Assembly (NCBI RefSeq): GCF_006345805.1
Contig: NW_021836139.1
Location: forward strand, 62,001-126,000
Reading direction: 5' to 3'
DNA length: 64,000 nucleotides
Source: Octopus sinensis
Lineage: Eukaryota
This document shows positions 13,258 through 26,759 of this stretch, in pieces. Each line of letters begins with the position of its first letter. Position 1 is the stretch's first letter. The position numbers were made by a program, and so were the translations under genes. Under the pieces are notes generated by a model. That model was not told the origin of the DNA and made no database searches. It saw nothing but the letters and a program-made list of their open reading frames with translations.

Positions 13258-14109
13258 TCACAGAGCATCAGAATAATGAACTCCATTTAAGTCTTTGATA
13301 ATTTCTCTCATTGCTCCTGATAAACATTGCCTATCTAAGAGACATTCACATAAAATGTCACGATTCCTTATTTGCATCAAAGGCTATTAAATGTTACTCT
13401 GGGATGACTAAAGAAATAGACAGAATGTAAAACAAGTTCAACTGAGGGGTATTGAGAATTTCTATGAATTCAGCTTCATGAGTCACTAATGAGTAGGTGA
13501 GAAATGCATTTAGCTATGTGTATCTGCAGAGTCCATCACTTTTGTTGACTACAGTTTGAGGATGTTATGGTAACAGTAAAAATCTATAGTTATTTCCTAA
13601 AACTGAAGATCCTTAATTTCAAATTTAATAACATTGCCTAAAGAAAAATCCCATTTGGAGCAATATAACGGCATTACTTTCACAAAAATTCCTGAGCATA
13701 TTCTAAGTTTTGAAGATTTTCTAAACATGTTATTATCTTTCAGATTAACACATGTAATGAATGCAGTTAAAGGAAAGAGTTTACCTTTAAATTCAAATAT
13801 GAATTTTATTGCATTGTGATAAAGCAGTATTTCATACAGTGACAAACTAAGAGAATAAGCCCTACAGTGTGAACAACAAATGGAAGTATTCCTAAGGTGG
13901 CAGAATCACATATTCAAGACAACAAAATTTCTGGTTGCCATTTTCTCTTTTAGTATTACAAATCATACAAATCATCTTTCCAGTTATATGAAGTTTGGTT
14001 CCATGAATAGATGGTGCTTTATGAGATAATTTGGAGTATGGTTTAATATCAAGCTCTTTTATATCTTTATGAAACAAAGACAGTTCAGTTCAAGATAAAT
14101 GAATAAATA

Positions 14110-14350
14110 AATGCACCCTTTTAAAGCCTGGCCAGGCTCATGGGCCCGGTTTCCCAGTTTCTATGGCACATATGTTCCCCAGCTGGATAGGACGCCAGTC
14201 CATCGCAGTGTTACTCATTTTTGCCAGCTGAGTGTACCGGAGCAATGTGAAATGAAGTGTTTTGCTCAAGAACACAACGCGTTGCCTGGTCCAGGAATCA
14301 AAACCATAATCTTACAATCATGATGCTGACACCCTAACCACTAAGCTTCC
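14110..14350 (-). mobile_element. tRNA-derived SINE family 5
   Basis: tRNA-like head on the minus strand; 3' region shared with family 4 (GAAACTGGGAAACCGGGCCC ATGAGCC). Confidence 0.75.
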
Positions 14351-14574
14351 ACTCAGTTCAAGATACTTTCAATAAACTACAATTGACTGTGTCCATTTAC
14401 TGTGGAAAAAAGGAATGCCCACTTAGGGTTTTAGCAGGTACTGTTGGTCTTTAATACACCTTAGCAAATGGTTTCTAACATACCGATGCAAAATATCAGT
14501 TATTTTAAGACATTGTTTATCAAAAACAGAGCATTTCCTACAACCATGTAAAAAAGAGTAAAGACCCCCTTCGG

Positions 14575-14850
14575 TCATGAATGACCATGGGATTGCACCT
14601 ACAAAGTTCCCCCTCCAAGGCACAAGTCCAAGCAAGGTTGTTTTTGTGGAAGGCCAGCAGATATTATCCAAGGGAAAAGCAAAGGCTGATACAGCTTGAC
14701 ACCAGTGACATTGCAACTCATTTCTGTGAACTGGAGTAATGTAAGCTAAAGTGTCTTGCTCAAGAACACAACACAGCCTGGTCCAGGAATCAAATTCACT
14801 ACCCCATGATTGTGAGCTCAACACTCTAACCACTGAGTCATGTACCTTCA
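14575..14850 (-). mobile_element. SINE with family-5 head and a different 3' body
   Basis: Head (TGTGTTCTTGAGCAAGACAC) matches 14260-14340; downstream body differs. Confidence 0.6.
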
Positions 14851-15155
14851 CACAAAATGTAAGGGCTACCAAAAAACAAGTCCCTGATATAGAACATAGG
14901 GCTGAGGGTATTTATAGTTGTGTCTTCCATGACACTAATAGTGGGTCTTTCCACCAGAACTGATGAAATACCCATCCTGCAAAGTAAAGGTTTACTCAAC
15001 TTTATCAAACAAAACAATGCCACAGCAAACTGAGTTTTTATCAGTTTTCTTGTTTGGTTATTAATAGAAAGGAGCTTTAACAGCCTCTTTCAAAAATGAT
15101 ATCAGAAACTTACAATATTTTGATATTCATCTGAGGCAACTGATTAAGTTTTCAC

Positions 15156-15555
15156 AGGCGTAGGAGTGGCTGTGTGGTAAGTAGCTTGCATACCAACCAC
15201 ATGGTTCCGGGTTCAGTCCCACTGCGTGGCACTTTGGGCAAGTGTCTTCTACTATAGCCTCGGGCCGACCAAAGCCTTGTGAGTGAATTTGGTAGACGGA
15301 AACTGAAAGAATCCCGTCGTATATATGTATATGTGTATATATGTATATATATGTGTGTGTTTGTCCCCCCCCCCCCAACATCGCTTGACAACCGATGCTG
15401 GTGTGTTTACGCCCCCGTGACTTAGCGGTTCAGCAAAAGGGACCGATAGAATAAGGACTAGGCTTACAAACAATAAGTCCTGGGATCGATTTGCTCGGCT
15501 AAAGGCGGTGCTCCAGCATGGCCACAGTCAAATGACTGAAACAAGTAAAAGAGTA
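15156..15555 (+). mobile_element. SINE family 1, full length
   Basis: Complete head-to-tail match to other copies. Confidence 0.92.
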
Positions 15556-17329
15556 ATAGGTTGTGTAAACAATTGTTTCAATGTATATGGTCGTATTCAT
15601 TCACTGAATATGTTTTTGTTCCCAATAACTTCTGATGAGATAGAACAATATTTTCTCTTGAATAGTAATGCTATTTTCGGTTATCTGCTCATGTAATTTC
15701 AACCCATACTTTTAAATTGGAATGCTGCTGTATCTCCCAGCTTTAATACAAACAAATCCAATTTATCATTTGGCTTCATCAATCTAACATATCTTTGAAA
15801 CTAAATAATAGATTTACCAAAGGCCTTTGCAGAATTATGCTTTAACACAAGAGGTTTGATTCTTAATAATGATATATTTGATTATAGTTATTTCTAAAGT
15901 ATGGAAAGTGTTGTAATTTGTAATTTTAAGGAGTCAATATCTACCCATAGGCATATATCACACTTCAGAAGTTGTTCGCTAATGGAGTAGTTTATCCATC
16001 TTTTTCATATAAATGGAAAACGTCACAATAAGCAAGTACGCATGAACACGGATCTTGTAAGCTCACATAATAATTCTTGCTGTTAGTAATTAACATAACA
16101 CTATAAGACAGTTATAGACTATCCAAGACTACAATTTTTATGTCATTATATTTCTTTCGACCAATTTATCTTTATCTTCCACAATCTTTTAGTTTGAAGC
16201 AAAAACAATAAAGTTTAAATAACTGACATATTATATATATATATACATATATATATGTATACCACAATTAGATTTTAGCTTATTTTGGTACGTTCATATA
16301 CATCTACTAAATCTTTTTGGCTTTTCTCAGAGAAACAAAGAGTACATTTCACTGCTGAATATTCTGTATGATTTCCAATGTTATTCATTTTTATTAATAT
16401 TTATTTATAAGTAGAGCAAACAAACAATAAAACAAACTAAAACAAAACAAAAATAATGAAAGAACAAAAATTGGAGGCATAATATCATAGATTCAATTGT
16501 GTCTAATTGTCTTCAGTAAAGCTGTAAATGAAGTAATTATTGACAGAAATAGTTATCTGAATATTTATTAATACATAACTCCCTATTCTGCTAAGCTGCT
16601 AAAATTCTAACAATTTTCATGGCTGATCACTAATTCACTCTAACAGTAATCAAGTTATTCAATTTAGTCAGCAGCCTGTCAGAAAAGTCTAGAATTTGTG
16701 AATATTAACAGTTCGAACATTATATATTTATGTTACTTTTGCTCTTATTGGAGAGAACTTTGGGGCAAAATCAAGAATTCTTTGATGCTCTGCAAATTAG
16801 AACAGTGACACATTGCAATGCTGTTACAAATATTATTGCTTATATATGCAATACTCAGTGCATTTCTCCTCTAATTAAGTGAAAAATAATTAAAAGTTGT
16901 TAATCTCAATGAATAATTTCATCTATTTATTGTTATTCATAAATCTGATATGATAAAATATATATGAACGTATATCTTTGTGTTAGTGTGTGTGAATGTG
17001 TGTGAGTGTGTGTGCATATGCTTGTGTGTGTGTGTATGCTTTTTTTTGCATGAGTACACATATTTGTGCATGCCTGTGCATGTCTGTGTATGCATGCATG
17101 TATGTGTGCATTAGAATGTGTGAATATGAGTGCTTTTGTTTATAAATGTGTCTTTGCAAACAGCATAAAATAGTTGTGAATGCATGGAGATTTTATTCAA
17201 TATTACTATTAAGAATATTATCCGTTGATTGAAAACTGCGTCTTTGGATTCCTGCTGATAAAACGGTTATTGTTAAACCAGACAGATCATCTACATAATT
17301 GAAAGCAGAGGAACCAACTATTTATGTTG

Positions 17330-17615
17330 AAGCCAGTGCCGCCTCGACTGGCTTCCATGCCGGTGGCACGTAAAATGCACCAATCCGACCGTGGCCGATG
17401 CCAGCCTCGCCTGGCACCTGTGCAGGTGGCACGTAAAAAGCACCCACTACACTCACGGAGTGGTTGGCGTTAGGAAGGGCATCCAGCTGTAGAAACATTG
17501 CCAGATAAGACTGGAGCCTGGTGCAGCCTTCTGGCTTCCCAGATCCCCGGTTGAACCGTCCAACCCATGCTGGCATGGAGAACGGACGTTAAACGATGAT
17601 GATGATGATGATGAT
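17330..17615 (+). mobile_element. RTE-tailed family 2 element
   Basis: Two subrepeats, body and (GAT)n tail. Confidence 0.88.
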
Positions 17616-17779
17616 ATGAAGGTAGGAAAGTAGCTGAACATTTAGGAATAGCTTACAGAGCTGTAAAAGATACCAGGTGATGTAGGACATACACTGGACA
17701 CTCAGTCAAGTAATACAAGGAGTATTTATACCAAATGACCAGCATAGGAATATGATCACCATTAATTGCTAATAGAGTA

Positions 17780-18080
17780 ATAAATTTTCAGGAAAGATGC
17801 TGCTACAAAGGCCTAAAATTGATGGTTTAGTGTACGAAGAGTTATAGCACAACTGATTAGGAATTTAATTTGTGTAGATGTGATGAAGTAAATTTGTGCT
17901 TCAATGGGGTACTACTGATATACTGTGGGAAACTATAGAGGTTCTGATAGTGAGCCACTATATCAGGAATTCATCAACAGAAAGACCTTCAACAGAATAC
18001 CAGACTTTAAAGTCTAGCAGCTACAAAGAAATCCATGTGTAGGTGAATGGTTTGTAAAAACTCATCCAGTTATGGGCAGT
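17780..18080 (+). pseudogene. Decayed RTE-clade reverse transcriptase fragment
   Basis: Broken translation YKGLKLM...RRVIAQLIRNLICVDVM...GTTD...VGEWFVK parallels the RTE RT relic at 61-62 kb. Confidence 0.6.
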
Positions 18081-18432
18081 TCAATTTTCAGTCATCTCCA
18101 TCTTATTATAGGTTTTCAGACTACAACAAAAGAATTTAAAACTAGCTTTTTTTTTATAGTAACTCATCTGTTCCATGTCCCAGGAAAAACTGAAGACATA
18201 GGAAAGAAATTCCAGACTTGGCAGTAAAACTAGTGAAAAACAAATTAAACCTAGTAAAGACAAAAATTTCAGTGATGAAACTAGGATCTACTTTTATCAG
18301 AAAAGTGGTCTGGCTCAATACACAGAAAGGGAGGTGATAGGTATTTATATAGTGTATTAATTGTAATATGAGTGCACAAATAATGCAGAGTGATCACAGA
18401 ACAGCTGAAAAAAGGTGGGGAAAAAGAGACTT

Positions 18433-18875
18433 CACTTCATGGTATATGCACAGAAATAGTCAAAAGTATAAATACCCATGAAATGATACTTTTAAAGGCT
18501 TAGAATGCACCCCAGAAATAGTGGGTAAGATTCTGTCATCTAAGACTTAATTAGCAATGAAGGTGTTCTTCCCAAACAACAGCTAGAATAAAATGAGGTG
18601 CAGGAAAAACTTCAGGGAATGATTAATTCTGTTGGCTAAATAGGGGTTTTATTTCTGATTGAAAAGTTGGGTTCTTGCAAATTAGGTGCACCAATGCATA
18701 GTAGGTGCACCATGCATACACTCATGCACGAGAACATATTTACATGCATATATATTTTCTTAACACTATTTTGTGTTACATGCACACTATTTCTGGGGTG
18801 CATTCTAAGCCTTTAAAAGTATCGTTTCATGAGTATTTATACTTTTGACTATTTCTGTATATATACCATGACGTG
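18433..18875. repeat. ~90-bp inverted repeat pair (18433-18523 / 18785-18875)
   Basis: Arms are near-exact reverse complements with only a few substitutions. Confidence 0.9.
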
Positions 18876-19324
18876 GATGTGCAAAAGCTTGGAAGAAAGG
18901 AAGTAATCATGCTTTGTTGGATATATAATGTCTTTGTACAGTATGATATAGCACAAATGAACTAAGAAAAGTACTATGTGTAAGCAGAAATAGATGCAGT
19001 ATGCAATCTTTCACACAAATGTTATATGTATGGAATTTCAAAGTAAGAGAAATATGTGCCAAACAACTGAGGAGAAAAAATCATATGGAAGTGACAAGAG
19101 AAACAAGGGAAAGGTGAGAGAATGAAAATTTGAGCAATTGAGACAAATGGTGAGAACTAAGGAAGACATGTCCAACCTCTGTCAGTAAGGGAATGTAGTC
19201 ACAAAATAAGGATAATAGAATATATTTGTATGTATGTAATACAAAATAGTGTTAGGGAAATATATATATGTATGTAAATGTGTTATTGTGCATAATAATA
19301 ACAACAACAACAACAATAATAATA

Positions 19325-19505
19325 AAAGAAACATAAAACAAACATTTTTTTTTAGACATCTACTAGTACAACAAAAAAAAAAGAACCAAATATATGGCAC
19401 ACTAGGCATAACAACAACGTGAACTTCCAACCTGTTGTCTCTTGAGGTCTCTGGGTGAGACTTGGAGCCAACTTGTACAAATATAAAACAAAAGTCAAAC
19501 ATAGA
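19325..19505 (+). mobile_element. Possible 3' end of a (TAA)n-targeting non-LTR element
   Basis: Unique ~180 bp bounded by (AAT)n on both sides. GAGGTCTCTGGGTGAGACTTGG resembles R4/Dong-type 3' UTRs, from recollection. Confidence 0.35.
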
Positions 19506-19519
19506 ATAATAATAATAAT

Positions 19520-19835
19520 AATAATGAAATTATTGTATACAGTGCTCAGGTGCACCACAACTTGTCAAAAGTGCATATAAAGCATATGCAGTAATGTACA
19601 AATGTCTGGGAAGTGAACAGTGTATGAGTCAGATACATGCTTGTGCATGTATGGAGGGGAGAAAATCAGGTGTAGTGTTGGCAAATCTCAGGAAGCATGG
19701 AAGTTTTGAAGGATGCAGTGCTCCAACAACTAACAACTGATGCCGGCAGTTTGTTCCATGCTTCAGCAATTCTAAGCGTGAAAAAATGTTTCCGAAAGTC
19801 ATGGAAGCTGTGCTGTTTTCTGACTTTGTAGTGTA
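19520..19835 (-). pseudogene. CR1-clade LINE 3' end (RT C-terminus + 3' UTR)
   Basis: RKHFFTLRIAEAWNKLPASVVSC...SFK matches the CR1 ORF2 terminal FF..R....WN.LP..VV......FK motif. Confidence 0.85.
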
Positions 19836-20320
19836 TATAATATGGCTGTACATATGCACACACTTAAGCAAACAGAGCTCCAGTAAGCTCCACTCTTGGC
19901 ATGCAGCTATTGAGGAAAACAGCAGTTACAGCTAGGATAGAACCTCACCATTATTTTGACAATCCAGGAATCACAATGGTGGAAAGACTGTATAAAAACC
20001 TTACCAGATAAGAGAAGTGAGAGTATAGTTGTTCATTCTATTTATTGAAAGCTATTTCATAATTTACGTTACTTACATTAGTGACACTACATCATCCACC
20101 ACACACACAACAAGCACACACACACACAGACACACACATGTAATTAACATATCAGAACATGTATATTTATACATATATAATGATTAATATGTGTGGTAGC
20201 TGATATAGTGTTGCTTATGTAACTAACACAGATTATGAAATAGATGTCAACAAATGGAATAAACATGTATCCTCTCATTTCTCATATATATGTATATATA
20301 TATACATATATATATATATT

Positions 20321-20509
20321 CTTTTACTTGTTTCAGTCATTGGACTGTGGCCATGCTAGAGCACTGCCTTTTGTCGAGCAGGACTTATTCTTTGTAAGCC
20401 TAGTACTTATTCTAGTGGTCTCTTTGCCGAGACATAAACACACCAGCATCGGTTGTCAAGTGATGTTGGGGGGGGACCAACATAGACGCACAAACATATA
20501 CACACACAC

Positions 20510-20558
<49 letters not shown>

Positions 20559-20726
20559 TACGACGGGCTTCTTTCAGTTTCTCTCTACCAAATCCACTCA
20601 CAAGGCTTTGGTCAGCCCGAGGCCATAGTAGAAGACGCTTGGCCAAGGTGCCACACAATGGGACTGAACCCGGAACTATGTCGTTGGGAAGCAAGCTACT
20701 TACCACACAGCCACTACTACACCTAC

Positions 20727-20727
<1 letters not shown>
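20321..20727 (-). mobile_element. SINE family 1
   Basis: Family match with small internal deletions. Confidence 0.88.
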
Positions 20728-20764
<37 letters not shown>

Positions 20765-21351
20765 TAGAATAGCACTCAATTGCCTAAGAAAGTAAAGAGA
20801 TAATGTCATAATAAAATCCACAAGTCTTAAGGGTTGCAGTTTTTCTTTTAACATTTTACACACACACAAACACATAATTATTATCATCATCGTCATTTGA
20901 CATCTTTTGTCCATGCAGGCATGAGATGGACAGTTTGACACAAGAGCTGGCTAGTCAGAGAGCTGCACCAGACTCCAGGCTGGCACTGGCTCAGTACTCT
21001 TGTAGGCCAGTTGTCTTCACTAGGGTGAGTGGCCTCATCACTTCTGCTGTGGAGTATGAGTCATGTGTGTGTGTGTGTGTGTGTGTGTATACACATACAT
21101 TATTTATCAGATGACTTTCATTACATCTAAAAAGAGATCTTTCTTATTCACATTTTGTGAATGTCACATTCATCTAGAAAAATTGATGTCATCAGCCAGT
21201 GTCTGATGACCCAGTTACATGGGTGTTTCATACATGAAACCCAGAACCATTAACACTAACCGCTTGTTGGTCAGTCATCAGCAGTGGTGGCAAATAACTG
21301 CTTATTATCCCTTCTTGACTTCCATGTCCTAGAAAATCATGCACAGTGATT

Positions 21352-21657
21352 TGTTGTTTGTTCCTTCTTCAGCCATGCTTGGCTCATAGAGCCGGTTTCC
21401 CAGTTTCCTTGGATGTATAGGTTCCCCACATGGAAGGAACACCAGTCTGTCGTAGATGAGCTGCAAGATGCAGGAGGAAAAAGTGAGAGAAAGTTGTGGT
21501 GAAAAAGTCAGCAGAAGTTCGCCATTACCTTCTGCCAGAGCCGTGTGGAGCTTAGGTGTTTCGCTCATAAACACACACATTGCCCGGTTTAAGATTCAAA
21601 CCCGCAATCCCTTGACCATGAGTCTGCTGCTCTAACCACTAGGCCATGCGCCTCCAC
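21352..21657 (-). mobile_element. tRNA-derived SINE family 4
   Basis: A box TGGCCTAGTGG; homologous to 33090-33392. Confidence 0.85.
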
Positions 21658-21774
21658 TGCACAGTGATTTGCTTATATCTATATCTATCTAGCAATTGCC
21701 TTATGGAAGACTTAAGTTAGCCATCCAGAAACACCCAAAGATTGTCAGCTTCACTAAACCATTTATTTGTGATA

Positions 21775-22480
21775 TGAAATATATATAACAATAAACTTGT
21801 ATACAGTGCTCAGGTGCACTACAGCTAAAGAAAAAAAAAGGAGAGGACAGGGGCACCAGGTATACTGTTGGGGAAATTTCAGGAAGCATGTAAATTTTGA
21901 AGAATATATAGTGTCTTGACAGCTAGCAACTGATGCAGGTAGTTTATTCTGTGCTTCAAGAATTCTGAGTATGAAAAAATATTTATGAAAGTCACAGGTT
22001 CTGTGTTGTTTTTTGATTTTGTAAACATGTCCACGAGTGTTTGACATATGAAATTCAAAAAGGCATTAGGTATACTGTTGGCGAGCTGGCAGAATCGGTA
22101 GCATGCTGGGTGAAATGCTGAGCGGTATTTCGTCTGCCGCTACGTTCTGAGTTCAAATTCCGCCAAGGTCGACTTTGCCTTTCATCCTTTTGGGGTCGAT
22201 TAAATAAGTACCAGTTACGCACTGGGGTCGAATTATCGACTTAACCCGTTTGTCTGTCCTTGTTTGTTCTCTCTGTGTTTAGCCCCTTGTGGTTAGTAAA
22301 GAAATATGTTGGTGAATTTCAGGAAGCATGGAAGTCTTGAAGGATGTAGTGTCTTGACAGCTAACAACTGATGCAAGTAGTTTATTCCATGCTTCAGGAA
22401 TTCTGAGCATGAAAAGATATTTCCAAAAGTCATGGGTGCTGTGTTGTCTTTTGAATTTGTTGTCAACATTTTTGAAGTGC
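21775..22480 (-). pseudogene. Two tandem CR1 3' fragments, the second interrupted by a SINE
   Basis: TRGHVYKI...KYFFILRILEAQNKLPASV and KYLFMLRIPEAWNKLLASVV. Confidence 0.8.
22080..22306 (+). mobile_element. tRNA-derived SINE family 3
   Basis: GAGCTGGCAGAATCGG head, GAGTTCAAATTCC B box, GCCTTTCATCCTTT.GGGGTCGAT core. TGTTGG is repeated on both flanks (possible TSD). Confidence 0.88.
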
Positions 22481-22791
22481 AAAACTGCTACCTGTTCACT
22501 TACAAAAAATTTCTGCTGAATCTGAAAATTCTCGAAACTATTGTGATGTATATATTGCTTGGGATGTTTCTTTTGTTGTTGTTTTGGTTTTTGTTGATAT
22601 AGGTAAATTGTCCTGGTTGGGTGCCCATAGCTGGTCAATAATTACTGATTTGTGATATCAGCTGTCTTTCATGTATTCCCTTATTCCTCATCTCTTCATT
22701 ATCTCTTCCTTCGGGGCCCATTTTTCAAAGATTACAAAATGTGTTGGAGGACTGAAGGTTTCAAGGGGTGACCCAATGGACTGAGCAAGTT

Positions 22792-22793
<2 letters not shown>

Positions 22794-22870
<77 letters not shown>

Positions 22871-22885
22871 TAGTAGTAGTAGTTA
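22794..22885. repeat. Compound (TAG)n(CAG)n(TAG)n microsatellite
   Basis: Direct reading. Confidence 0.95.
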
Positions 22886-23164
22886 TTGTTGTCATAGTAG
22901 TGGAGATAGTGGCAGTTGTTGTAGTTGTGGTAGTGGCAGGAGTGGTAGTAAAAGTAATTGCTAAGGCGAGTTGGCAGTAGATGTAGCATTGGTAATAGTA
23001 CATTTCTCATGGCACCAGCAGGCAAAATGGAAAAGGTGTTGCCCTGGAGGATAGTGAGGGAAGCAATGCCAGTATTTATACTGATATTGACAACAATAGA
23101 GCTGGCAAAGACAGTAATTACATTATTAAAACATTAAGGATATGTCTGTCTATCTATCTATCTT

Positions 23165-23557
23165 CTTTTATTCTTTTATTCTTTTACTTGTTTCAGTCAT
23201 TTGACTACAACCATGCTGGAGCACTGCCTTTAGTTGAGCAAATCAACCCCAGGACTTATTCTTTGTAAGCCTATTACTTATTCTATTGGCCTCTTTTGCC
23301 GAACTGCTAAGTTACAGGGAAGTAAATACACCTGCATCAGTTGTCAAGTGATGTTGGGAGGACAAACACAGACACACAAGCATAATCACACATATACATA
23401 TATATATATAATTCATATAAATACAGTGTATGTGTATATGAATAATATATAGTCTATTGACTAAATTTTTACATGCTGGACCACTGGTAATGGAAATTTC
23501 TAATATTTCCGACTACCCTTTGATAATATTGATTATATATGTATATATATATATATG

Positions 23558-23589
<32 letters not shown>

Positions 23590-23785
23590 TATATGTATAT
23601 GTATATATATATAAATATATATATATACGATGAGCTTCTTTCAGTTTCCATCTACCAAATCCACTCACAAGGCTTTGGTTGGACCAAGGCTATAGTAGAA
23701 GACACTTGTCCAAGGTGCCATGCAGTGGGACTGAAACTGGAACTAGGTGGTTGGTAAGCAAGCTACTTACCACACATTCACTCCT
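23165..23785 (-). mobile_element. SINE family 1 split by an expanded (TA)n tract and an ~85-bp insert
   Basis: 3' half 23165-23390; 5' half 23627-23785. Confidence 0.8.
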
Positions 23786-23794
23786 CTGTGTGTG

Positions 23795-23829
<35 letters not shown>

Positions 23830-23877
23830 TTCTATCTGTCTATCTATCTGTCTGTCTATCTATCTGTATATAAATGA

Positions 23878-23922
<45 letters not shown>

Positions 23923-24819
23923 TATCTATCCATCTGTCTGTCTATCCATCTGTATATAAATGAGTGTGTATGTGCGTATATATACACTATATATGCTTAT
24001 GTACGCATTTGAATGCAAACATATGTGTGTGTGTCTTTGTGTATATTTTTAACATTTATATAAATACATATATATATGCTGACACATATTCATAAGAATG
24101 AAAGATAATGCAATTTCTTGTGATATTAGTGTTTCCTTATTAATGCACCTGTGTTGTAGATTCTTCATTATACTTTCAAGATTTACTTTCATATAGAAAC
24201 AAAGATGTAAAATGAAATAATTTGAGAAGTAATCTTTAATTCTACTTCTGTTCTGGGAAATATTTTCTAAAATGTATTGAATATCAAATTGATATCATAT
24301 TAATGTAAATGAAATAAAACCAACAGAAAAAAAAAATACTATGTTTATGTAAATTCCAAATAATAATAATAATAATAATAATAATATAATAGCAATAATA
24401 ATAACACCAATAACAACAACAACAACAACAACAATAAAAAGAATAATAATAACTACTACAATAACAATAAACATAATAATGATAATGATGATGATGATGA
24501 TGATGATATGTTTAGACAACAGTTACATTGTTTCAATTAAATTTTGCTTTTATACTTAGTTTATTTTATTTGGAAATCATGCATACACTCAAAGAATGTT
24601 AGATTTTTTTATCCCCATCGCCTCCATAATCAATTACAATTTTATTGTTATGGTCTCTTTTGCTGGTGGAATGTGTATGTGTCCGCATCCATTGCGTGTT
24701 TTTTTTAATGTTTTCCATATGTTCCTTCATAATCTTTCTGTGCAAAATTTTCCTATTGTTTACACACCCTCTTTTTGTTTCCTACTCTCAGTGACACCTT
24801 AGATATCAAGGAATATCTG

Positions 24820-25030
24820 GTGGTGGGCTGGCAGAATCGTTAGCATGCCAGGAAAAAATGCTTAGTGACATTTCATCTGTGTTTATGTTCTGAGTTCAAA
24901 TTCTGCTAAGGCCGACTTTACCTTTCATCCTTTCAGGGTTGATAAAAGAAGCACCAATTGAGCACAGGGGGAAGGAACTGATCTAATTAACTCTCCTAAA
25001 ACTGCTGGCCTTGTGCCAAAATTTGAAATC
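24820..25030 (+). mobile_element. Older SINE family 3 variant
   Basis: Same head and core as 22080, different tail. Confidence 0.7.
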
Positions 25031-25071
25031 AATATTTGATACAACATCCTCTATCTAACTATCTTTTTTTT

Positions 25072-25290
25072 CTCTTTTACTCTTTTACTTGTTTCAGTCA
25101 TTTGACTGCGGCCATGCTGGAGCACCGCCTTTAGTCGAGCAACTCGACCCCGGGACTTATTCTTTGTAAGCCCAGTACTTATTCTATCGGTCTCTTTTGC
25201 TGAACCGCTAAGTGATGGGGACGTAAACACACCAGCATCGGTTGTCAAGCAATGCTAGGGAGACAAACGCAAACACACAAACACATACAC
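25072..25290 (-). mobile_element. SINE family 1, 3' half
   Basis: Near-consensus tail. Confidence 0.88.
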
Positions 25291-26085
25291 ACACATGCAT
25301 ATACATATATACATCTATCTATCTATCTATCCATCTGTCTGTCTTCTCTACTCATTTTACTTCTCATTTGCTTTTTCTATCTACCCTTCTCACTTTATTG
25401 TTCCTCCATCATTCTCCTTTCTTGTTTTGCACAACACTCCTGTATCCCCTTTCACTCCTTTATTCCCTTCTCCATCAGCATTTCTTTCTATCTTTCCATC
25501 TGCCTCTTATTTCACTTTACTTACCTTTCATTTCTTTTTCTGGCTATCTTTGTCAACTATTCACAATCCATTCTTTTTCCTTTCCCACTCCACACTCCCT
25601 TTTTCTTCATATTTATTCCTCTCCAACCTTCTCTTGTTTCATTTCCTTTTAATTCTCTGCCTGGCCACTGACCTGGTCAGTTTGACTTTTTCACCTCCTC
25701 ACTACTGCATTTACTTCAGCCCCTGGTTTGTCTTTTACTTCTCTTCTCAACTCCTAAAGGACCACATGCTTTCCACATGCATTATTTTCATACATGTCTT
25801 ATTTTATTTCCGTCTTACAGCTGAGTAAAGCATTCTATGTAATATAATATAATATATAATACTAGCTGGGCCTGTGCTGTCAAAAATGACGAGTTTTATA
25901 CTATTTTATATATAAATAAGGTTCAAAAGCAACGTTTTAGTTTAATAATTTTTTTATTACCAAATTTATAATATATCTTTCAACTGCAGTCGTTTTATAT
26001 TCTTGATATACTCAGGCAATAATAATTTTCTCTAATGAGTTTATATATGTATATGTTTGTGTAGGCGTGTGTGATTGTAATAATT

Positions 26086-26557
26086 TAATAGTTATCGAGA
26101 AGCTAACATGGCAGTCCAGGAAAATAGGGTGAACACTGCCATTGATTAGCTCCAAGTGGCCATTGCCTCTAGCTAGCTATGTGACACACAAACCAGTATC
26201 CACTACAACCTTTGAACAGAGGAGGTCAGCAGCTTCCCCTTGCTGGTTCAACATCCATAGACTAGTTTCAGGGTGATTGTCCCTTTTCAATGTGGAGTAG
26301 ATGAACCCAGCAGGTATCACCGCTGACTGTCTGTTTGAAGGTTTATTTACCTATACTCAGTGGAACACATCCACTGGTTTTCAAAAATCTCTCTAAAGGA
26401 GACTACAGTAGCAGTACTGGATATTAATAGTTATCGCCATGCTAACATGGCAATCCAGGACAATAGGACGAATGCTGCCTTTGATTAGCTCCAAGAGGCC
26501 ATCGCCTCTAGCTAGCTATGTGGCACACAAACCTGTGTCCATTACAACCTTCGAACA
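26086..26557 (-). mobile_element. Non-coding partial-tandem (pseudo-LTR-like) element with hammerhead motif
   Basis: ~133-bp direct repeats (26086-26218 / 26424-26557) bracket a hammerhead fold. Confidence 0.6.
26255..26295 (-). ncRNA. Minimal type-I hammerhead ribozyme-like motif, U3-A8 core
   Basis: CCACA-TTGAAAA-GGG-ACAATCAC-CCT-GAAAC-TA-GTC-TATGG: three stems, palindromic ACTAGT helix III, GUC triplet. Confidence 0.65.
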
Positions 26558-26759
26558 TGTTTACCTTACTTTGAAACTCCATACACATCACATGCATGTG
26601 AAAAATTTCATACTGCATCTATTTCTGCTTACACATGGTACTTTTCTTTGTACAAAACGTCAAAAGAACTACTTCATTTTAATTACATTTTTCCAATCCT
26701 ATGTCGGCCTAAAACAGGCCATAAATCGTAGTCATTTCCGACTCCTGCATTGAAATCTC

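Noticed and set aside
23480-23520. Hammerhead-like CTGGTAA-T-GGAAAT..ATTTCC-GA
   Set aside because: Only stem II fits; GAAA, helix III and stem I are missing.
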